Assembly (NCBI GenBank): GCA_964016885.1
Contig: OZ024743.1
Location: 128,154,001-128,218,000, forward strand
Source of the DNA: Eledone cirrhosa
Lineage: Eukaryota
DNA length: 64,000 bases
Reading direction: 5' to 3'
In this document: one piece after another, positions 1 to 9,100 of the stretch
Layout: the number at the start of each line of letters is the position of its first letter
Position numbering within the stretch: position 1 is the first letter of the stretch
Made by a program: the position numbers and the translations under genes
Notes under the pieces: model-generated
Told to the model about the DNA's origin: nothing
Databases searched by the model: none
The model's input: the letters and a program-made list of their open reading frames with translations, nothing else

Positions 1-376
1 TAAGTTTAACCCAAGAAATTGAGTATTTTATATTTTTCTCTTTTAAAGACCATATTAATTGTGATAATAAAGTAGAAAGTTTTTTATCTGGATTAGAGAA
101 AGAATGTTTATGATTGGAAAAGTGAAGTTTAAAGTTCGATGAAGTTGCACCTATGTAGTTATAAGTAATATTATTATTTGTTTTAATGGTACATTTATAT
201 TCTAAATTTTTATCAAGGCAATTATTTTGTAAAGGGCATTCAGATTTCCTTCTACAGTTACAGTTCAATTCAATGCTATTTCCATAACCTAAACTGTTCG
301 TATTATCATTGTTGATATTTCTAGGTGTTCTACTATATGTGTTTAAATTATTGTTATTCGCATTACCTACTGTATT

Positions 377-409
<33 letters not shown>

Positions 410-835
410 GTTATTATCGCTAATTATATGTTGGTTTGAATTAAGAATTTTGCTATTAATGTTTGCAATATTTTGAGCAATATTCATAGTTGTTGAGTAA
501 GAAAGTTTATCTGTGTGTCTATTGAAGATAGAGTAACACTTATGTGATCTAGGGAAACATTTATCTAAGGCTTTAAAAAATAAATGTGCTAAAGGTGTTT
601 TAATAGCTAAAGACGCTGGTGGGGCATACCAAATAATAGATCTAGTTCTAATTTTTTCCACGATTTATTCTCCAAATTGTTATTTTTTATTTATATTTTT
701 ACAGTCAGTTTTATTTTTATTATTATTATTATTATAAATATTGTGTTTATAATTACTATTATTTTTTTCTACATATTCAATATTATTTTTAGATCCTGCT
801 TTATGTAACGCTTCATTATAGTATCCAGCTTTACT
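1..835 (-). mobile_element. Penelope-like retroelement fragment (Naiad/Neptune-type): RT thumb end, Asn-rich linker, Cys motif and GIY-YIG endonuclease
   Basis: The minus strand reads in pieces YYNEALHKAG...RTRSIIWYAPPASLAIKTPLAHLFFKALDKCFPRSHKCYSIFNRHTDKLSYSTTMN...(AAT)n...NCNCRRKSECPLQNNCLDKNLEYKCTIKTNNNITYNYIGATSSNFKLHFSNHKHSF. The IIW.PP, CNC..CPL...CL and YIG.T motifs are typical of PLEs. Confidence 0.75.
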
Positions 836-841
836 ATTAAA

Positions 842-1080
842 TTACGAGGTAATTATATTAGACCCCAACAATCATAATTAAAGCAACATACAGATGTTTA
901 ATCACACCCTCCCCGATGGATTTTCATGAAGAAGCATGTACTTAAACCTCTATGATGATGATTCTTCTCATAAAATTAATTTGTTGGTAAAAAACATCGG
1001 TAAAAGACACCTCCACTGATTCTAGTGGGAAGTAATTTTTATTTTCGTGTGTTCTTAAAATAAAAAAATATATGATATTT
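842..1080 (+). repeat. ~240-bp interspersed repeat, direct copy at ~2257-2495 (also in units 2 and 3; partial reverse copy ~24480-24590)
   Basis: Near-identical gaggtaattatattag...aaagcaacatacagatgtttaatcac...aaaaaatatatgatattt at both sites. Confidence 0.7.
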
Positions 1081-1109
1081 ATTCATACATAGTATATATT
1101 ATATTATTT

Positions 1110-1690
1110 ACTAGCAGTGGTACCCGGCGTTGCACGGGATAAGGTATTTTAGAACGCGGACCGCCAACAGACCTAATCGTGGAAAAACTGCATGCCTGGA
1201 AAATATGTAAAGAAAATAAACCGAATACTCTGATGGTTGGATAATCTTTGAGATTTTCCTCGATGAAGCAGAAAAAATGCAGGTTTTCACCTAATGCGGG
1301 CCCTAGGCCATAAAAAAGTTGGATTTTCTTTGCTCACGGTATGAAGAAGAGACTGACTAATACATAGTTACAATTTCAAGGAAATCAGTCTGGCGTAACG
1401 ACTCAAAAAAACCCTAAAAACCTGAAAAAACGCAATTTTTAAACTAAAGTTGAAACACACAGACATCCTCAGGGAAGTGACGTAATGCAGACAGTCAGAC
1501 ATACAGACAGATATTATAAGGGCACGACGTTATATGTATGTATCTATCTAAAAAGAGAAAGACTAAGAATTATAGAGAGATCACTAAATCGCCTAAAGTT
1601 TGAAAACGGTCGGTTGGGTGCTTCTTTAGTTTTAGGGATTCAAACTCACACACACACAGACAGACATCCTCAGTTTCATATATATAGATT
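1110..1690. mobile_element. Probable non-autonomous Helentron/HINE-like element
   Basis: Begins actagcagtggtacccggcgttgcacgggat (short GC palindrome near one end) and ends with a cagacagacatcc microsatellite-like stretch plus tatatagat. This resembles recalled HINE/DINE-type termini; no ORF. Confidence 0.4.
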
Positions 1691-2696
1691 ATATACTAGC
1701 GGGTAAACAGATGATAATACAGGTAGAAGAAAAAAAAATGACTGTATTGGATGTTTGTCTGGTTTACAGTATGAGGCGAAACCGTAGTGTATGTGTTACA
1801 AAAAATAAATAAATAAACAGTAAAAAATATTCTAGATACACCAGATTATTCGTTTTACTGGTCGTGCATAGTACATGAAGATTTCTAGGTGTTGCCAGCC
1901 GTGAACAACCTATTACTAGTACATTTTATATCATCATCGAGAAAAATACCCAATTCGAGAACAGGTCATATTCGAGTTATGAAAAATAACGGGGAAGTAG
2001 TTTACTAATAAATGAGATTTGACTCATATCAAACTGCTGCATTTCTCACACAGTGTCAATTGTATTATGAAAGTAATACAAACTTTACAGATACAAAAAT
2101 ATCAAACGCAAATATCAATGTTAAACTATATAGACACTCGAACTACTTGAGATAACAAATAACTCTATCTCTTTATATATGTAAAATTCTTAGTCTCTCT
2201 CTGTCTCTGTCTTTTCCTTATATATTCTCAAACGCCTCGACCAAATGAAATCAAATTTTATGAGGTAATTATATTAGGCACCAACAATCATAATTAAAGC
2301 AACATACAGATGTTTAATCACCCCCTCCCCAATGGATTTTCATGAAGAAGGATGTACTTAAACCTCTATGATGATGATTCTTCTCATAAAATTAATTTGT
2401 TGGTAAAAAATCGGTAAAAGACACCTCCACCGATTTTAGTGGGAAGTAATTTTTATTTTCGTGTGCTCTTAAAATAAAAAAATATATGATATTTTTTTAT
2501 ACAAAGTAAAAATTGTATTATGAAAGTAATACAAACTTTACAGATACAAAACAAACAAATATCAATGTTACACTACATAGACACTCGAACGACTTGAGAT
2601 GAAAAATAACTATTATTTCAATCAAAAAAAAGGAAAGAAAATCACGGTGAATATTATAATGAATATGGAATACTCAAAACAAGAAGGCCTTGGATA

Positions 2697-2872
2697 AGTC
2701 GAGCCCCTAGCAGTGGAAACTTCTGGTGCCTTTGGCCCGAGGGCTACCTCACTACTCACCACCATAGGCGCTGAGCGGGATAGATGCAGGTGTGAGTCTC
2801 GCGAGGTGGAATGGCTCTTCAAGGGCATCTCTCTCACCATCCTCTGGGGAAATGCCTTCTCTATTCACTGCT
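2697..2872 (+). mobile_element. 3' end relic of a CRE-like (restriction-like endonuclease) non-LTR retrotransposon; copies at ~26253-26428 and ~45694-45869
   Basis: Reads VEPLAVETSGAFGPRATSLLTTIG...REVEWLFKGISLTILWGNAFSI, matching the 'P.AVET.G..G...LFQR.S..I.RGNA.SI' C-terminus of CRE-clade ORFs. Confidence 0.6.
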
Positions 2873-2939
2873 ATACCAGACTGTTGACTATCTGTAACCA
2901 ATGACGCTATATATCAACCCAATTAGTTATTGACACATA

Positions 2940-3145
2940 CGCTAAACAAAAACTGAAAGTAAATATTTTGCATGTCTTGTGTGAAGGAAATGAGTAACTC
3001 AATCAGCATCTCGCTAAACAAAAACTGAAAGTAAATATTTTGTATAGACATAAGTAACTTTCGTTTCACATATTAAAGGAATTCCAGGATTCTAAAAACA
3101 TTGGTAAGTATATAAAGTTAAACTGCTTTAGTATTGTCACATATT
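2940..3145 (+). promoter_or_regulatory. Putative promoter of cytokine-like gene copy 1
   Basis: 31-bp direct repeat cgctaaacaaaaactgaaagtaaatattttg (2940-2970, 3012-3042); TGAGTAA 2991; ISRE-like ACTTTCGTTTCA 3057-3068; GGAATTCC 3078-3085; TTCCAGGAT 3082-3090; TATATAAA 3109-3116, about 75 bp before the ATG. Confidence 0.55.
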
Positions 3146-3185
3146 TACTGTACTCACAAGGTGTATACACAAAGATACTGAAGAA

Positions 3186-6100
3186 ATGAAGATGAGTAAG
3201 TATTATATTGGTTTGTGCAATATACCTTGTACAATATACCTTTCGATACACACATATATATACTAGACATGAAAAATGCGCAAGCTCAAAAGTGCCACAG
3301 AATGTTATAATAAACCTTCAAAAGTGTGGGACTAGAGTTGTTGCTAAAAAATATTGTAATCATTATATATCGTACATTCTGTGGCATCCTTTATAAAAAT
3401 AGCTTAAACCAACGAAGCCTTTATTTTTACGCTATTTCACTTAGTTAATTCTTAGAGTGTAACATATAAAAATATGATTTACAACTATAAAATAAATTAA
3501 TTAATATAATAACAGAGCTGCGGAGCTGAAATTTAGGAAATAATGGAGTATCGGATCCTGAGTTGGAGCCAGTCAATTTTTGACCGACTCCGCAGCCCTG
3601 TATAATACATTTCATATTAAAGTTATTAATAAACCTATTTTACACTTCATGCAAATTACCACGAGATATTGATATTAGATATAAGATACAGCGCAATATC
3701 TACAGCTGTAAAAGTACGAAAGCGAAGTAATAATAAGTGGCTTAAGGTAATTCCAATATGAAAGTTTGTAGTGATAAAAATTTGATAATGCAATACGATT
3801 GTTAATATTATAGTTCTATGAAAATGTAACAATAGATAACTAAATTATTTTACTATTAGTATATTTAAGAAATTATCATTATAGATTTGATCGTTCATAT
3901 AAGCATCATATTAAGTTTCAACACAATTATTTTGTTACTATGGGTATATGATAATAATATTACGTAATTATTTATAGCTGTTATTACATTAAACATAGAT
4001 GTATTTATTTTTATATGTTACACTCTAAGAATTAACTAAGTGAAATAGCGTAAAAATAAAGGCTTCGTTGGTTTAAGCTATTTTTATAAAGGATGCCACA
4101 GAATGTACGATATATAATGATTACAATATTTTTTAGCAACAACTCTAGTCCCACACTTTTGAAGGTTTATTATAACATTCTGTGGCACTTTTGAGCTTGC
4201 GCATTTTTCATGTCTAGTTTAATATTTTTTTAAGGCAACGCTTGTAATAACTCTAGTTAAACAGGATATATATTAATAATAAATTATCGTTGTAATGTAA
4301 TTAGATTATGTAATTGTTATTATAAATTATCTTATAAATATTAGTGTAAGATGTATAAAAATATTTTCAGACTTTTAATATAAACAACTACAAAAAACAA
4401 TCAATATTAAATCAATATATTATACATAATAGAAAACAAAATATACAATACAAAAACAAAATATTTACATACATTTGCAATTATCAGTGTATATACATTT
4501 TCTTTATATTCCCTGAGCAAATTAATAAGATTTGTTTTTATTGTACATAATTTGATGACTTGTTGGAGTGTATTAAAAGATAGCAACAATTTGTGATTAA
4601 ATTGTTATCTTAAGCAACTCACTTTTTAATAGTTGTTGGCTGAGCGAAATTGTAAAAGCCTATGAGCAAATATAAAAAAAAATACACAAACAACATTTCC
4701 TTGTGTTATTACAACATTAGATAAAATAATTGAGCAATGTCGTTATATTTTGCTCTTATTGCACATTAATAGTGTTTCTATTTTTCGGCACAAATCCATT
4801 ACGGCAGTCCATTACTGGTACTTTATTTTATCGAATTAGTAAGTATGAAAGTCGAAGTTAACCTCGGCAGGATTTGAACTTAGAATGCAAAGGACCATAA
4901 CAATACTGCAAAGCATGGTGTCTGACGCTCTACCAATACTTGTGTTGAGCTGGTCATTAATTTATGGTGGTCGTGCGTGGAGTAGAGCAATCGCTAGTTG
5001 AAATATTATGAACAAAACATTTTTATTTGCCGAAGAACATATTTTCAATACTGTTTGTGAATGTGACGAAGGAAATACATTCTGATATGGAACAGTGTAC
5101 AAAGTGTGTCTGTGAATAACATAATGTTACCTCATGTTGTTGTCAAGACATAATGGATTTCGTTTATCCAGTTAGAAGATGAAACCTAGCCATCTCGGAT
5201 TAGTTATATTTCATGCCATGTGTAAACGTGTTTGAGGATAGCAAAATATGCGCGTTAATTATAATAATTAGTTAATAATATTACAAAATATACCTAATTA
5301 AACTCTTTGCTTGAAATTTTATCATTCTTCGTTTATAGAGAGAGAGAGAGAGAGAGAGAGATTTATCTAGTCCTTCGCTCAAGATTAATCTATAAGTTTA
5401 GATGTTTGCCTTCGTTTAAGTAAATATTACAGTAAGATTTTTAATATAAACAACTACAAAAAACAATTAATATTAAAACGAAAAAATTATCAATGATAAA
5501 AGAAGCGGATGCAACTTTTTTTTTTATAAAGTTATATTCCTGTTTCTTTAAAGAACATTTCATTTTTGTTCTATTGTAGGCGAAATAATGCAATGGTTTA
5601 ATAGGGAAGATATAACTTACGAATTATGTCTCTAACCGTGTAACGCTTTTTAAGTAGATAACTACAATTGAAAATACTAAAGAAATGGAACCAACAATTC
5701 AATTTGAAAGTCGTCTAGTGACAGTGTATTACTGGTACTTTATTTTATCGACCCCGTAACGATGAAAGGCAAAAATGCAAATGCTTAAAATTTAAATTGC
5801 CTTAATTCTATCGTCTGCTGTTTCATTAAAGGGAGATTCTCGTCTGTATTTAATTCTATCGTCTACTGTTCCACTAAACAGATATACCTCCACTATCGTC
5901 TCTATTTATACATTTTAACTTATAACTTATACACATTTGATTTGAAATATTTTATCTAGTCCCCCCCTCTCAATATTATGATGATTTCTTTCGAATGAAA
6001 CAGTTCTAGTCCTGTAGAAGCCATTTATATATATAATTGAACTGAGTTAAAAATTCACAATATTTATAATTAAATAAGCTCATATATATATGTGTGTATT

Positions 6101-9100
6101 TATCTGTTTATTGTATTATATATAATGTGTGTATATACAGGATGTCCCCCAAAAATATATACACACTTCAACAGCATTCTAATAACTATTGCCTGTACAG
6201 GTAATCAAAGTGTCAATCGAATGTTAGTTTCGTGTTTTAACAGTACAAATTTACAATACACACATAAAACCAGTGTATATACATACATGAATGTGTATAT
6301 ACAATATATATGTATATATATATAGACACATATATTCACGGTGCAACGGTACATTAAAATATAGATGCGGGAGAGGGGGGTGTATATATAGGGGCGCTGG
6401 GGATAAAGGAGTGTAAAGCGTGTGTAATTGATATATTGAAGGAGAGGAGCGTGCAGCGATAGAGTAACAAATATATAGAGAGGGGGAGAGATGGTATTGA
6501 AGGGGAGGAGTGCAAAGCGAAAGAGTAAGAGATATAAATAGAGACGGAACAGATAGAGAGAAACAGGCGTAAGTAACAGTGGAAGAGATATAGAGAGAGG
6601 TACTCTGATTGGTTGAAAATTAGCCAATGACATACGATCACCACCACGGCTATCCCCGAAAAATTTTTAAAGAAGCTAGGCATATATGTTAGAACACGAA
6701 AAGTGAACATTCTGTGTTTCACACTTTTCGTGTTCTAACAGATAAACTTTTAGCCATTCGGATATCGGAGATTTGTGTATTTAAATTATAAGGAGATTTT
6801 GTTGACAGGGCCTAGCTGGAACTCCTTTCTGTTATCTCTGCTTTCACACTTTTCTTTAAAAGCTTTCTTGAGTTTGGAAACATAACGTTGGTAGTCATGG
6901 TAACTAGCGTCACAGTCGCCTCCGCCAACAATACAACAATGACACACTCAGAGTTACTTCCCTTAGCTTGTGCCAGCATACAAATACGGCGGCTGTGTGT
7001 GTGTGTTTGAATAAAGACGCGTGGTTTAGAGGTTAGAGCGTTAGATTCACATCATATGAAGTGAGTTCGATTTTTGCAAATATTCGGCTATTCTAAAATC
7101 AAAATTAGTTTCTTGATTGTTTTATAGCAAGAATTTGTTCTTCCCACTTAATGACATAATTCTCCTAGCATACATTTTTGTAGTGCAGACATGGTAGCAT
7201 TTCAACTATTGTTCACAGATTTGCGCACATACCTTTAACCCCCCCCCCCCCCCCGTGCCAATCACCCCCTCCCCCATTACGTTTTCAGAAAAAGAAGGTG
7301 TTGAAAACACACGAAAAAACATAGGAAAAAATATTTTCTGAATGATCTCCAGCAGATGCTATTCTATAAATTTAAATGGCTGAAATATACTTATCTGTAA
7401 CTCCAAGGGTTCACCTCCCCCTCCTCTACACAGAACTAATGAGTTGTAATAGGTTCAGCCTATATATGTTTTTATATTATTAATTTCTAGTGGATTGGCA
7501 GTATCGGTAGAGGGTCGGACGGCATGCTTTGATGCATGGAGTTGCGTCCCTTTATGATCTGAGTTCAAATCTCGCCGAGGTTAACTTTGCCTTTCATCCT
7601 TACGGGGTCGATAAAATAAAGTACCAGTAATGTAGTGGGTAATTGCTGACCTTGTGCCAAAAGTAGAAACAATTAATTTCTAATATTTATTTTTCAGCTT
7701 ATTTTCACTTCTCATGTGCTTCTCTACTTATCTTCCCTACCTAACTGACCATCTCCATTTACTATTACTCAATCCTTTATTAACTCCATCTCTCTTCACT
7801 AATCACCAGAGACACACCATACAAAATACTTTTCTAACAAAATCATACAATGATCACATAAGAATAATATACACTACAACCAAAACCAACCATCAAAACA
7901 CTATACAAAATTTTGAAATTACAATTAAAGAAGACACTCCAAATCAAAATCAGAACCCAAACAAAGATTAGAACTTAAGTCAAAACACACTACATCATTA
8001 TTTTAACATCCACTTTCACTGCTAACAAGGGTTGGAAAGGTCTACATAGACCAAGTCAGTACTGAAGCCTGGCTGTTGATATCCCAAAGAGATCAGAGAT
8101 CTATGTCTCAATTATGTACGGTTTCACATTCCAGTAAGTCCATCAGAGAGATTTTCATGTTTTTCACATTACATTTTTCACTTTATTTGGCAAACTTTCT
8201 ACAGATGTATGCCCTTCCTATCACCAACCACTTTACAGCATGTACTGAAAAGTTTAGTAAGACACCATGTTATGTGTAGCTCCTGACCAAGATTGAACTC
8301 CAGACCAGGATCTCCATCATCTCAAATACCTATCACTAGGCCACCAAGATGACTACAATGTAAAGAGAAAAGAAAACTTATTATTTTGAAATGGTGACAA
8401 ATTTCACCAAGCCACATACACTCTCATTGTCAAATTTCTGTTGTAACTGTGATGTCTAACAACAGCATTAAACAAACACATTACATGTTCTAATATTATG
8501 TTATCTAACAATATATAGTAATAAAATCTAAAGATATCTTAATATACTTTCTTTCATTTAGATTGGCAATATGCATTGGTCTTATGTATATCAACATGGA
8601 TAGCATTGATCCACGGATCACCTATACAATCTACAATACCACCTAAATCAGCTGAGCCAAAAGTTATGAAAGTGACATTGAAAATTGCACAACTTGCTTC
8701 TGCTACTGTAAACTATACATTGATCCACTATGTGAGTTCTTGAATTAATTCTTTATTTCTTCATATATTAATTTATTTCCTATTTATATTATCAATTCAT
8801 AGGGCAGTAGATAGACAGTATGAGTAGAGCGTCAGACACTATGCTTTGCAGCATAGAGTTGTGGCCTTTTACGTTCTGAGTTCAAATCCCGCTGAGCTTA
8901 ACTTTGCCTTTCATCCTTTTGTGATCGATAAAATAAATCACCAGTAATGCACTGGGGTAATTGCTGGCCTTGTGCCAAAAGTAGAAACAATTATTAAATC
9001 ATTGTTAGGGTGGTAGATTGGCAGTGTCAGTAGAACGTCAGACAAAATACTTTGTGGTAATTAGTTATGACTTCCTATGTTCTGCGTTTAAATCCTACCA

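Noticed and set aside
2940-3042. CRISPR-like repeat-spacer (31-bp repeat, 41-bp spacer)
   Set aside because: Only two repeats, eukaryotic context and no cas genes.
6137-6185. Tc1/mariner-like TIR (tacaggatgtcccccaaaaat)
   Set aside because: Single short end with no partner TIR or transposase found; too weak to annotate.
6092-6722. Hydrophobic 122-142 aa ORFs
   Set aside because: Translations of GA/TA-rich low-complexity repeat DNA.
7490-7671. tRNA gene suggested by A/B boxes
   Set aside because: No cloverleaf; multi-copy with TSD and SINE core, so it is a SINE head.
7714-7971. 85-aa ORF after a ttttcag acceptor, present in all three units
   Set aside because: Low-complexity A/C-rich sequence with no motif. 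It ends in a stop, and its conservation is explained by recent duplication.
8103-8139. Alternative phase-1 first exon ATG TCT CAA...TCC A|gtaagt (MSQLCTVSHS)
   Set aside because: It lies inside a LINE 3' relic, has no TATA box, and the donor is mutated in copy 3 (ttaagc). The 3186 exon is conserved in all copies with a promoter. It cannot be fully excluded as a minor alternative.
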